64,000 nt of DNA from Marsupella aquatica (GCA_973895155.1 OZ316895.1:3955659-4019658); one strand, 5' to 3'; shown: positions 25,621-38,289, numbered from the stretch's first letter. Translations and numbers: made by a program. Notes: generated by a model from the letters alone, not told the origin.

Positions 25621-27171
25621 GGATCCACCCTGCCTAATTGGTACTAGATGGCTACATTACGCTAACACATTACGCTTTTAAGGATAGATAACGCGTTCTA
25701 TACCTTTGTGCTTGGACTTCACTATCGCTGCAATGCTGCAGTAATTTGTGTTCAATTCCTTTTCAACAGTCGGCTGCACATTTCTTCGTTTGGAGCTCCG
25801 CCCATTCAACATTGCATTGCATTGCATTCATTTAGCATTGTATTCGTTCTTCAATTTGAGCACATTTCCTCGGTTCGTAATGATGAATGATGTATTGTGT
25901 TCCTCGAATTCGTTGTGGAATTTCACTAGCTGGCCTGTGTTATAATGTTTTTGTGAATAGGGACTTAGTTTGGCCTATGTTGAGAACACGGCCAGTCATT
26001 CAGTCCGGGTGTGACCGGAATGTCGTCTGTATCTGTTTCTTCTAATAATGCACCAGTTGATGCTACTGCTCGAGCGTTATGCATGATTCATTTATATATA
26101 TCCCTGTTCATCTGATTCCAGTTGTGGAGCTTCGAGTGGTGCGAGTTGCAACACGTCGCAGTTGACGATGCATTGACTCCTTTGAACGCAGAAATTCTTG
26201 AACCGTTTAGGCCGTTGCGGAAGCTGCCACTAACACAGTGACTCCGGTTTTGCCGTTCCTTAATGGAGATGAAGACTTCCTACGCAGTCTGCCAGTGAGA
26301 GGGTGGCTCAGATCGATCTTGTTAAGTGGATCGATGGACAGTCAACCGTCTGAACAAATACAGGGCCTTCAAAGGCGGTGACACCAACCTTCCATTTCAG
26401 AATTACACGAGCCTGAGATTGTGGTCCCGCTAACGAAGGTGCAATTCTCTTGTATCTGGTGTGTATACAGTGACTGTGACTTTGTAGGTGAACGCACTGA
26501 TGAAAATCCGTCGAACAAAGGCTGAATGCATGTACTCGAGAATGGCGTGATCCAGGATTATCGATTTTTTTGGGGAAACGGAACCAACACGCGGATCTAG
26601 ATATATGCAATGGATCGGGATGCGAACCACAGATGGAGGTGCATAAGCCACGGAGAGGTTGTCAGCTCCCTCGAATTCCAGACGCCGATGACCTGGAGCA
26701 CAAGTCAGAAACTCATACTGTAGAAATACACTAAGCATATGGTCACTTTGCAATAAGAAGTAAACAGGGGATATGTGGCACACTGTGAGTGGACGAACTC
26801 CATAGAGTTGGACCTGTCAGCAGTAAGGAATATTTGTTCACTTACATCCTGGCAACATTTTTCTCTTTGTATATTTCTGAACTTTACTACCCATATACCC
26901 AAATGTTGATAGTGAGCCAGCTATGCTCAGGGCAAGTGTTGTCAAGCCTAAGTGGTTTGGCCATGGTGTTGGACGGAAGTAGGCTCGGCAATTGGATTTG
27001 AAAGAGTGTGGGAGTTGGGGGAAGAGTATTTGGGTGTGGAAAGGTTCCTCTCATGGTTAAGAAAAAAGGTCACTAAAATCTAACAGCTAGGGAGTCTTCT
27101 TGCTTGAATGACACAGACTTCCTAAACAACAGACCATTAGAAAGAAAAAGCCCGACTGCGTATTATTATTA

Positions 27172-27558
27172 TCTACAGGTATAATAAGTGATCCCGTCTT
27201 TTTTTTCGTCCTTTGCCCCGTTATGAATTCCAGAATAGGCGGGAATCAAAACTGGCCATTAGGTATTTTAGAGGATTATCGTATCCATTTGATTAGCACT
27301 TGCGCTCTCTGATGAGGCCTCCCATGCCTGTGCCTTCATTATGGACCCCCTCGCGATATATGTATACGGGAATCAATGCTCGCAATGCCCTGCCGGCCCT
27401 CACAATACCTCGCCGGTCCTCAGGATGCGCTTGCCCCTGCCTTGCCCTGACACCCTCCCCTCGGCCACAGTGCGCTCGCCCCTGCCTCTTGCCCCCCCGG
27501 CCAGACTCCCTATGGGCTGGTCCTCATTGCGCCGTGCAATGCAGAGACATAGGGCTAG
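27172..27558 (+). mobile_element. Non-autonomous Helitron
   Basis: Starts A|TCTACAGGTATAATAAG and ends CCGTGCAATGCAGAG..AGGGCTAG|T (degenerate subterminal hairpin plus CTAG). It sits between host A and T with no TSD, which are canonical Helitron termini. Confidence 0.65.
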
Positions 27559-29845
27559 TAACGTATAGATAGTAGACTAGGATGCATTACATATTATAGT
27601 GTTTAGATGAAAGAGAGTACCCACCATATATGCAGTGTACTTGTCTCTTGGTAAAGAAAGCTTGTAAATAGTGAAGTTGCAAATTTGGGTTTGTCTTTAG
27701 AGTGAAAGGAGAAAAGAGAAAAGAAAAAAATTGGTAGGAGTGAAAATCTCTCAGCCATCAAAGTGAGTAACTCAATCAAGTAACTCTTTTAACTAGGGCA
27801 TTGCGGACAATAGGAGCCCCTCAAATCTTTAGGTAGAGCTCTTGTTTTTTGGGCATTGTAGCCCTCAATGCCCTGAAAACGGGTGCTAAGTACTACTTAC
27901 TCCATCCCCTTAGTCATTTTAGGGCATAAATCACTAAGTAATTTTAGGGCATAAATGGAAAAGAATGCACACTCAATGTTGGATCAGCTCATTATGAAAA
28001 TTCTGCTCTACCGGTGCTAATACTAGCAAAATTAAAATCCTCTTAAGGTGGTCATGTGTATTAAGATTCTGTTACCCGAGCATCATTGGCAATAATAGCC
28101 TCTTAAAACTCGAGCTGACTCTCTCGCTTTGGGAGGCATTAAGGCACACAATGCCATGTAACAGGACTTGATACAATCCAAAATACCATCAGTTTCCCAT
28201 AAAAGAGACATATTGGCACATGTCAAGTGGGGAGTCTGAATGGTCCATGCCTTTGAAGAGTTCTCTAGCATGAAATGGAGGTTGCAACAATTCTCCAAAG
28301 AAATAGGTTCCACTCTACAAGAAGGGGGATGATGGGTTTACCAAAAACCATCGAAGCCTCTATAAGGGTACAAATTGCCATCTGGGGGGGGGGATTAAAT
28401 CCTACCCGTTTGTTGAAAAACTATTTTTCATCACTGTTCAATCAGCCAAGGACACTTCTCTGCTTTCCCTCCCAATAACCCCTTGGCCTTCCCATCTGTG
28501 GCTGGCCCTTCATAATCCTGCAATGCACTGGCCTAGAGCTTGTTTATGCTATGTAAAGATCACATACATTTATCCATGCGTGCTCCATACGCTTGCTCAA
28601 CCGGCTTAAAACTATGCTCGGGGTCAGGTAATTGATCAATAAATGTCGGCTGTCGATAAATTATTTAGCACCTTATCCACACACAATTTGAGTCAAAAAA
28701 GGAGTCATACTAATTGGAAGGTTAAATTCTTGGTGTAGACTCTATATTCTCATTGGACAACGGGCAGGATATCTCTTACCCATAAGTTTACACATAGCCT
28801 TATAGAGGCTTTTGCACTTAAACATTTGTGCTTTACTGGGTTCCTCGTTGCACTTATACAAAGTGCTAAAACGGTGGAAAATAGTCGGAAAAAAACATAG
28901 AAGAATGGTCAGCCTTGCAATAAGGCAGGTTGTGCACTTATGAAAATGTGCACTGAGGCAGGGGCGACTGTATTCCGTCAGCCCTCAAATCAACTTGAGG
29001 ATAGAGTCGAAGTGATTTTCCATATGATCGAGTTTTTCCCCGGAAGAACTCAGGATACACACCATAGCTGACAATGGAGGCCATCGCTCGACTGAAGCAA
29101 TCGCAGCAATCGCTTCAGCTCGTATGATTTGGTGAATGGTCGAGGTCAGCATTTCGCGGCAGCAGACTGATCCAAAAATTTCTTCGGAGCTTTCAAGATT
29201 CGAGGTTTGTTCACGGAATCTCTTTAGCGCATTGGTTCATTTCGTAGGCTTATCCACACGGGTCTTTCATTTAATTGAAATGTTACTGCTCTACTACTAC
29301 ATACGAGCAGAGCCGTCGGTGGGTTTGACACTAGTGAATGGGGCCAGCCGGAGGAGTGTTGTTTCCCGAAGCTGGCTTGGACTCAGCTGTGGAAGTTGTG
29401 GAAGAGAACAGACCTTTCCAGGCCCTCATTGTGCCCCCAGATTTTCAGCAGGCCATCATTCCAAAGGCTAAATGTGAGATTTTGCACGAAAGGAGGAAGG
29501 AATCATGTGGGGGAACACTTAAAATGTTTGGGTGTCTGGAATTTCAGTAGAGAATAAATTGCTGTGATATTGATTGTTTGATGGAATTGAAGCATAGGGC
29601 TACTGGGGTTCAGTGGGATGTGAAGTGATGGAGTCAAACAACACTGACATGAGCATAGATTATCTTATAGAGGGCCAGTAATCATGAAATTGGGAGATTT
29701 CTGTATGATGTCACAATTCTTCGAAATTTTACCAGGATAGAAAATACAGAGTGAATGTAGGAATGGTTGAATCAACATCTGCGGCGTTCAAATCTTAAGA
29801 AAGATTAAATTTCTGCAATAACTTTATCTGAAGCTACTCAACCCG

Positions 29846-29930
29846 TTTAGGGTTTTAGGGTTTTGGGGTTTTGAAAATTGAAAGTGGATAACGACAATTT
29901 CAAGCATCACTTGCCTAAACCCTAAACCCT
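29846..29930. promoter_or_regulatory. Telo-box / interstitial telomeric motifs in opposite orientations upstream of FLN
   Basis: TTTAGGGTTTTAGGGTTTTGGGG (29846-29868) and CCTAAACCCTAAACCCT (29914-29930); another AAACCCTAA lies in FLN intron 1 (~30409). Confidence 0.6.
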
Positions 29931-30198
29931 TCCACGCTGTTGTTGCTGTTTCTGTAATGGCGAGGTGAGTCTGTGTTTCTTCACTTCCAAAGCTGCGATA
30001 GAACCTTCTGTTGATCTGCGCTGACAAAGTTACCGCTGCTGGTGATGCTGTCTTCAGACCAACAGGTCTTCACTGCTGCTGGTGCTTCTAATCGTGTTGC
30101 ATGGGCGTTCGCCGTACTGTCCGATAGACGACATGATTCCAGATTGCGATTCAAATTCATAGCACGATTGGTTGTACATGAGAGGCCCTACAGCGGCC

Positions 30199-32589
30199 AT
30201 GGCGCTCGCCGCTGCAGGAATTTGGACCATTGACATTTCTGGAGCAGGACAGCTGAATGGTTTCCAATGCCGCTCGCAGCATGCTACTTGGGACTCCCCA
30301 TCTTTCGCCACTGTCGGCCACAGGTATAAAACAAATCCTTTAATACTTGTATTCCGTTGTTTCTTGGCAGGGAAGCGTCAAAATGATTGTGTCCATGAAT
30401 TTCGCAATAAACCCTAAATCCCCCATCGAAGCCAACGAGAAATAAGGTCATGAAGAACAACAAATTAATGGAACATTGTGCTGGGTTTTGTTGATGCAGA
30501 GGGAAACTCCAAGATTCTTATTTTGTCTCCAATAGTCTTAGGAGGTGTCTCACCGGATTTAAATCAAGGCAGAGGCAGACTTTAGTCAGCAGAGTGACAG
30601 CAGTTGTGGAAGGTACCACGGCCGACCCGGAAGTGAAACCCTCTCGACAACTCAGACGATCTCCAGGTCTTGCCGCCGTGGCATTCTTCTCTTGTGCAGT
30701 GCAAGCTCAAATTTTCGATTCCTTCCATCCATCTCCGGTAAAAGTACTAATGTCACGGAGTAGAATCTGGTTGTCATTAAAATTCTTTGCCCCGTGCTCT
30801 TCAACTGACCCTCCTTGCTGACTGAATTTTAGGGAAGAGGAGAACTGCTACCACAAAGAAGAAGGTTTCAGTAGATGAGACAGAAAGTGACGTAGGAGTT
30901 CCCCAAAAAATGCTGGGCAGCGATGGGGAGGATGAAGACGAGGATGTGACAGATTGGCCTCCTCTTGTTTGCTGCTTTGGTGAAGCCTTGTATGAATTTT
31001 TGCCGTCAGTGAGAGTGAGTAAAAAGCAACAGCATCCGGATATATATTCCACCTGGAAGGGCTTGCAGTGGAGTCCACCTGAATGGGCCAGACTTCCAGG
31101 GAGTTTTCCCTCCAACGTGGCCGTTGCTTTGGCAAGATTGGGTGGGCGAGTTGCATTCATGGGAAAGGTGGGGGATGATAACCACGGGCGTGACATTGTT
31201 TTACAGCTCAACTCGAATGGTGTGCAGACTCGTGCTGTGAAGATTGACTCTTCTTGTTCAACTGGAGTTTCAAGATTACGCCTCACAAATGGAGCAGGTC
31301 AAGTTCGTATGACCTGTGTGCGGCCAAGTGCAGAAGATTCTTTTGTCAAGTCAGAGATTAACATGGATGTTCTAAAAGAGGTATTTACTACTAGAACAAG
31401 AACAAATTCATTTCAAATTACTGTTCCATGATGTTCCCAAGAACAGGATTTAACTTTCCTCTGAATCCCTATGTGTGCCAAGCGTTGCTGAGGTCCAGCC
31501 ATAGATGGGATGTTGCTCTACCTCAGCCTCAAACCGACAGTGTCTTATAGCTACTTTGCCCATTATATCTTCGGAATAGCTTGTACTGTTGATTTTGATA
31601 GACTGGGGTTACTGGTCTTTCAAGAGGCACAAACGTCGTCAGCTTCTTGTCTGGGACAAGATTTGCATGGATTTTGACCAAACTTGTTAGTCGTAATAAG
31701 TTTTCTCGGGGTGTTATTCCTGCAGTCTCGCTTTTTCCAGTTTACATCCTTCAGCCTCACATCGGAGCCAATTCGCTCGACCCTGTTTGCGGCAATCAAG
31801 GAGGCGAAAAGAAATAACGCAGATATCGTTTTTGATGTGAACCTGCCTCTCCGCTATTGGAGATCAGTACGTGAGTCCAGAGAGCTAATTCAGGCAGCAT
31901 GGAAGGAGTCTACTATCGTAGAGGTGACAAAGCATGAATTAGAATTTATTCTGGGTGAGGAGTACTATGAGATGCTTCGGAAAAAGGGTCCTGAGTATTT
32001 TTCCACGTCAGTTCAGGAGACCAAGAAGAGGCGCTACCACTATCACTATGAGCCCGAAGAGGTCGCCCCATTATGGCACAAGAAAATGAAAATTTTGTTT
32101 GTCACAGATGGTACATTCTGGATACATTATTACACTGCAAATTTCCACGGCAAAGTGGCAGGAACAGAAGATGTTCTTGTGACTCCCTTCACTTGTGATA
32201 GAACCGGCTCTGGTGATGCTGTCGTAGCCGGTAGGTCTTCTTTTATTTGTTTTCGATTTTTCAGAGTAGTTTTTCCGAATTGCATGCTTTTGACGGGTTG
32301 TGTAGTTCTGTGTTTGTGATAGGTGGTTTCCTTGCCATGACTTGCGAATACCAGGCACAGTGATCCTACAGCTGACTTCTTAGGGTTGGTGATTGCAGCT
32401 ATCTTGAGGAAGTTGAGCACACAACCTGAATTACTTCAAGATGAAGTCAAACTACAGAAGGCTCTACGATTTTGCCTCTGTGCAGGCATAATCGCGCAGT
32501 GGACCAAGGGTGCTATTAGAGGAATGCCCTCGGAGAGTGCTACACAAAATCTAACCGAACAGGTCTATCCTCATCATATGGTCTTCTAG
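30199..32589 (+). CDS. FLN: Fructokinase-like protein (pfkB family, plastid-encoded RNA polymerase-associated FLN1-like), with putative chloroplast transit peptide
   Basis: Exons 30199(or 30178)-30323, 30500-30666, 30833-31380, 31726-32230 and 32399-32589 join in frame through GT-AG introns. Motifs DWPPLVCCFGEA (double Cys), WSPPEW, PSNVAVALARLGGRVAFMGKVGDD, VFDVNLPL, TPFTCDRTGSGDAVVA and GIIAQWT.GA.RG.PSESATQNL.EQVY match FLN1-type proteins. Confidence 0.93.
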
Positions 32590-33864
32590 ATTGAGAGACG
32601 TCCTATGGAATTTCAGATAGGAATTCTTCAGTTCCGGTGCAATGTTTAGGAGAGTTTCTGGGCGTTGCGCAGATTTTGAGGAACGCCTCGCTTTCAGTAA
32701 TGCTAGCTTCCTGAAACACGGAAGGGCTTTTGTGTTAAAGAATGTACTTCACGAGAAAGCACTGTCTAATACACAATGTGTGAGATAAACATGGAAAACA
32801 ATGTAGAATAGTTGAACGAAGTGAAGGCTAGGCCCATGCAAGCTTTCTTCCATTCCGCCAAAAATAGTGAGTGGAACAGAGTAGGTTACTCTCACTAGCA
32901 TTACCGTCTACAAATACTGCTGCATTATTTAGTGAGGGCATACTGTACTACTGTCTTTGCTCCAGGCCAACTTAAGGCTAAACAGTTTAGCCCTCACACA
33001 AATCGATGTAGACGGCAGTTACTCCAAGCCACCTTGATGCTTTAGTTTGACTATGTGGGCTACACCGTGATATCTGAGACACACTACCTCTCCTCACACT
33101 CAATATGATTCATGAGCTGTTTAGCATTAACCTGAAAGAAACTGACAAGATTGCCATGGGCAGATCTTGATTGACGGTTGGAGTAGCTCCTACCATGAAT
33201 CGTACTACGTGCATCACTATGATGAAACTAGTAGAACTAAATGATTTATTTCACTTGTTAGTCTCTCGTTGTAGGCTCCTTGCCTAACCTATAAAGTACG
33301 ATTCTCGGTCTATCACCGACTTCAATTCTTATTCCCGGACCACGACTATCAATAACATCGGGAAGTCGCAGTTTTGATGGGGCATTCTGAGAAATAAATT
33401 GCAAAGAATGAGAGCTTTCCAGCTAGCAGCTGCAGAATCATGAAATGAAGAGCTTGACAATTGATTGATGAAATATGGCTCAAATTTGGCCTCTATGAGG
33501 AACCAAAAACCAAAAACTCTAGCAATCTGTCAGTATCATATGGGTCTCTCAAAAGTCATTCGGAGTGCAATCGATATAGAAACGGCACCCACTCTTTACA
33601 GGTCAAGCTTCTAGGTAGAAGAGTTAATAGCCCCAGAAACGGCATCTACTTTTTTACAGGTCAAGCTTCTCGGTGGAAGCGTACCTAGGCCCCGGAGGAA
33701 ATGGCAGCCAGATCAAACGTTTGCAGCTGGAGGACCTCGATGGTAAGACTCCTGCCGACAATCACAATCTTTCTGGTTGGAAGTGAGTGTACCAGCACTT
33801 GGCCAATGGAGCCCCAATGTTGAAATACCGGCCTGTTCGTAGCAGCTAGGGCTCCGTCCATGAG

Positions 33865-33956
33865 TCGAGGAAATTGGTCAGAACTGTACCGACAGACAGA
33901 TCGGTTTTATCGAGGAAATTGGTCAATACTGTACTGACATAAACAGACGGGTTTTC
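33865..33956. repeat. ~45-bp tandem duplication
   Basis: TCGAGGAAATTGGTCA.(A/T)ACTGTAC.GACA...ACAGA..GGTTTT occurs twice. Confidence 0.8.
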
Positions 33957-36668
33957 TCCTACTCTACAAGGAAAGAAATGCACATCTAAGACTAGAATAT
34001 CAGGTTTTCCCCATGTTTTCTGCCTTTATTGGGGGACAATTGTAGCCTCCTGTCTCATCTGGAGCTTTTTGTTCTTTGGCAGCAAGATTTATAATTAGAA
34101 ATTATATATTACAATAAATATGTGATCCCGCGAAATAATCTTAATTATAAAGCGCCAAGGGCAAGCTAAAGTTAGGGTGTAGGTTTCTAGAGTAAAGCCT
34201 CTAGACGGTGACTCTAGGGCCCCACCAAAGTATATTGCATGTAAAAAAAATGTGCAAATATATATGAATGAATCATTGTTGTTTTATGTCATTAATATAT
34301 TTGAAGAATGAGAATACGGAATATATTTTGTTACATTTTATCATACTCTTCTCTACTTATGTTCAAAGAATGGGTAGTCGGGGCTAGTGTGTCAAAAGGC
34401 CGGAATGAATATCAGGCTAGAGGCATGACGGCTAGGCCAGGAGGGGGAGGGGGGGGGGGGGTGTGTGTGTGTGGATGTCACCAGGGCAGCCAAAGGAGAA
34501 GACAGGGAGAGGGGGGAAATTGAGGGAAATAGGGAACACAGTTTGGTAGGGGGTGTGGGGGTGGATGGGAGGAAGAGAGGGCAGAAAAAAAAGGAAAAGG
34601 GAATTTAGGGGGAAACAAAACTTCACAAAAACGGCCTGCAAAATGTTAGAGAAGGGGAAGGGGGGATCTCCTGCCAAAGACCCTTGCCTGACTTGCCCCC
34701 ATGTCTTGATTAATTAGCCTTGAGCTGCATATCACCCTGACTCTCCGCACCTATTTGCACCCTTGGTTCCCTACTTCTGCTTGCCATCTTCCAAATTATT
34801 TGATAACACAGATTTTGCGCAACCACAGAACTGTTTGCAGTGATGCACTATTTTATTGACAACTGCAATAATATTATTTTGTGCAATCCATGAAACCAAC
34901 TCCTCCAAGGGCCCTCCCTAACTTGTGCTTGGAAGGGACCTGCCCAACCCAGTGAGGTGTTCCACCACGCAGCCTGGAGCAAGCTGTTGGCAATAATCAG
35001 TGGCATTTGATATTGATATGCATAATTGGGGCAGCTTGCAGGTACTAAGGGCTAATAAATAAAGTATTCGCTTCCCCCCCAAAAAAAAAAACAAAAAAAC
35101 AAAAAAAAACAAAAAACAAAAAAAAACAAAAAAACTAAGGGCTAATCATTCAATACTAACTAGCATTTACTAGACTCCAGATGAGATTTCGTTCTTAATC
35201 ACTTAGACACTTTGGAAATACTCCTTAATTCCTTATGGTGTACTGGTACTAGTACTGTCTTTAATAATCACCGTATCCGTGCACCTTGGAGTAGACACTA
35301 GACAGGCTACGCAAGAGACATTAGTTGTCAATGTCCCCTACCTCTGTACTCTCATTAATGAGACAGCAAAATCCTACCAATTCTATTCTTTTCCTGTGAG
35401 CGTCAATCAATGGAGAGAGGAAGCACATTCGATGCCCCATTGAGAACCTTTCGAGGTCGCTGTCTCTCTGGGTCTCTCTTCCTCGCACCTGATACAGCAA
35501 CAACAGCAGTCACCGTGAGAGAAAGCTTGACATGGAATGTATGTCGCCCACTCTTCGACCTGCCAAATTCGGTAGCGTGTTGACTGAAAGGGCTGAACTC
35601 TGGCCGTGCCCAAATCTAGAAGAGGCAGCAATGCAGTAGAATGTTGTCGGCCGTACCAGAATTTTCAGTAGCGTGCTGCGATCTATCTACAGTATGATAC
35701 AAGCTAGTATCATACGGTGTTCATCCTGTCAGCTCTGCACCACTGTGAATCCGGAAATGAAATTCGTCTATCAGACACAGTGCAGAGACTACGGGAACAG
35801 TTGTAACGTGCATATGGCCGGCATCGGGGTGGTAGCCTTTGCGGATCATGCGTTTGCGTTATACCCTTGGCCGTACTTGGGGCCGGCATTCTGTGAAATT
35901 TCGATTCGGACAAAGATTCGAGATCGAAACGGAGATTCGGTTGTGTATCGACTCCGGGGCTGAACGCATGATATCGTGCTCACCAGATCAGATAAACAAA
36001 AAGTCCAGAACTCTAAACTTAGATAGTGGAGGGATACAATATCATTCTTGTACAGAAGTTACTTTAACGACCCACATATCCGGGAAAAGTATAATTTATA
36101 CACTGAAGGAATCTACAACTTTTGGAGCTCCTCTCACTCCAGGCAAGGAGTAAGTCAGGCTTCGCTGTCTCTACAAAGGAAACAGAATGTCCTTTAATCA
36201 AATGGAGTTACACAAAAAATCAACTGCAGTCTTCGTCCATTTTATGAATTATGCTAGGTCGATGACTTGTTACTGCATCGATGTAAAGGTGGTCTTGCAT
36301 TAGTACATGCCCTTGACCCAGCAATGTGTAGCTTTACAGGACAAAGGCGTACTCTTGCTTCATAAAGCCAACTTCAAACGGATGAACAGTGTTGACAATG
36401 TATTACTCGGAAAGATGATGCAAAGGTACGGATTCTTGCCTACATTATGTTGAAGGTATGAATCTACGGGCAATTAGAGAAGTCCTTTACCCGAGCCTTT
36501 ACTTCCCGTGTGATTCACGGAATCCTTGCTTTTGCTTCTTTGGTATTTTCTTCTTCGGTTATCAACTCTTTTCTCCGTGGAAGACTCGGTTTGAGCGAGA
36601 TATCGGGCTTTACATCATTGTGCAACATACATCATTAGAAGCTGCGTGAAATCCTCGAAGTACTTTAG

Positions 36669-36767
36669 TCATCTAGCCACAGTCTAACACTCTCAATTGC
36701 CACGGCCTTGCTGTGATTCATCTAGCCACAACTTAACACTCCCAATTGCCACGGCCTTGCCGTGATG
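36669..36767. repeat. 49-bp tandem duplication
   Basis: TCATCTAGCCACA...TAACACTC.CAATTGCCACGGCCTTGC.GTGAT occurs twice. Confidence 0.85.
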
Positions 36768-37890
36768 TGCTTCTACCCGCTGAGAGGTACCAAATTCGCC
36801 TCGCATTCCAATCGATAGGCACCCCAGATTCGAAACCAGAATGTGATTACACAAAAACATTTCTGGACCTCATTTGTCACCAGTACAAGATTCAGCAGCT
36901 CTCTATACGTTTACGCGTTCAGGTTTCTCACATTTCCTGATCCTTCACTGCTACCACACTGCTTGTGGTCTCTGCAGTTGTGAATGCTCTTGCTCACATT
37001 GATTGAAACGATGCGACAATCGATTACTGTCCGCCGTATTTATAAATAATAAACTTTTGAAACAATTGAGTACAGAGTTCGTAAGGTCTGGAGACTGTAG
37101 TACTCTTCACAGACCAATCGACCGATCTATGATATGCTACGGACAAACTGCAAGACTGAGTGCAACATGACAATGCCAGTCCTGTGAATTCCACCGTAAA
37201 TGCCAACTATCCCGAGCGATTGAAGATGGTCTGCCTGCCGTAAAATTGAATCGTTGTAACATTGGACTCTCTCATTGTGAAGAGCTATAATCGATAGATC
37301 GACGTCAAATCCCGTTTCGAATGTCTGCATATATCTGCTAGCTTCCGAGGTTCAGCCAGAATGCACAGTGCCGTTTGCTGAATGTTCCAAAGCATTACGA
37401 TGGTGCCTTCAACGCTTCACTCTGATACCGGCTGGTCAATTGAGCTTCAGTCTCCTTTGCGTTAGCTTCAATCTCCTTCCGTTGGCTTCAATCTCTTGAA
37501 CCAATATCCTTGAACACTACCGGTAGGGGGCTCGATGCATCGTTCAATATTTTCCGACTTATCCAAGGTGTGAGGAGCTAGCGAGGAAAAATTCCGGCAG
37601 ACACATCGTAGTCGACAGCTCAGAACCTAAGTCGTCAGGACCCTTTTGTGATCGACCATCACTCCTGAAAGCACCATCGGGGTGTGCGTAAATTGGAGTT
37701 CCTCCCTGGTTACTAACCAGCAATCTTTGGAGCAAATCGTTTCAACCGTGAGGCCTGGAACCAGCTCCAATTGGCGAGGCGACCCGTGTCCATTGTACAG
37801 CACGAATTCATCAAGTGCCGTGGGTGATCGAAACCTTCTATGTGGGATGGGGCTGAAGATGCCTCCTTCATCGTACATGCATCTAGCCCT

Positions 37891-38289
37891 TCAGTTGTGA
37901 ATTGGGCTCGGGATCCCACTGGGAGGAACCTTAGTACCTCTTGGAAGCATTTGAAATTCGAATCCATCGCGACCAATGTCCACCAATTTCCTATCCCTTC
38001 CTGCTGTTGTTGATTCTGCATGTGATTCTGATTCTGATTCAACGTGAACCGAATTCTCTTTTTCGTCACTGCTAGCACGAGAAACCGCGGGAGGTGGTGG
38101 CTCCTCAACATCCCCCAATCTGCTCCAATGTGGGCCTCGTGGTGGGGGCACAAACGGAGTGGAATCGTTGGGGAAAGGTGAGCGAAGAATTCTTGCACTT
38201 ACGATCGGATCCACACTGAACACCAGAATTGACAGATATGCGGCCACGACCACAAGGACAGATATCGATGATGGTGATCTCCTCGTCAT
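37891..38289 (-). CDS. Small secreted signalling-peptide precursor, IDA/IDL-like (132 aa)
   Basis: ATG at 38289 begins a signal-peptide-like segment (MTRRSPSSISVLVVVAAYLSILVFSVDPIVSA|RIL), followed by a variable Pro/Glu/Ser-rich prodomain. The extreme C-terminus FQMLPRGTKVPPSGIPSPIHN* aligns to the IDA EPIP motif FGYLPKGVPIPPSAPSKRHN. The CDS is intronless. Confidence 0.85.
   Translation of the reverse strand: MTRRSPSSISVLVVVAAYLSILVFSVDPIVSARILRSPFPNDSTPFVPPPRGPHWSRLGDVEEPPPPAVSRASSDEKENSVHVESESESHAESTTAGRDRKLVDIGRDGFEFQMLPRGTKVPPSGIPSPIHN

Noticed and set aside
30324-30386. Alternative FLN intron-1 acceptor TTGGCAG at 30370
   Set aside because: It gives a 47-nt intron and an immediate stop (REASK*); the 30499 acceptor keeps the frame.
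35615-35636. miR408-like sequence (TGCATTGCTGCCTCTTCT on minus strand)
   Set aside because: Only a partial match with an insertion, and no fold-back partner seen.
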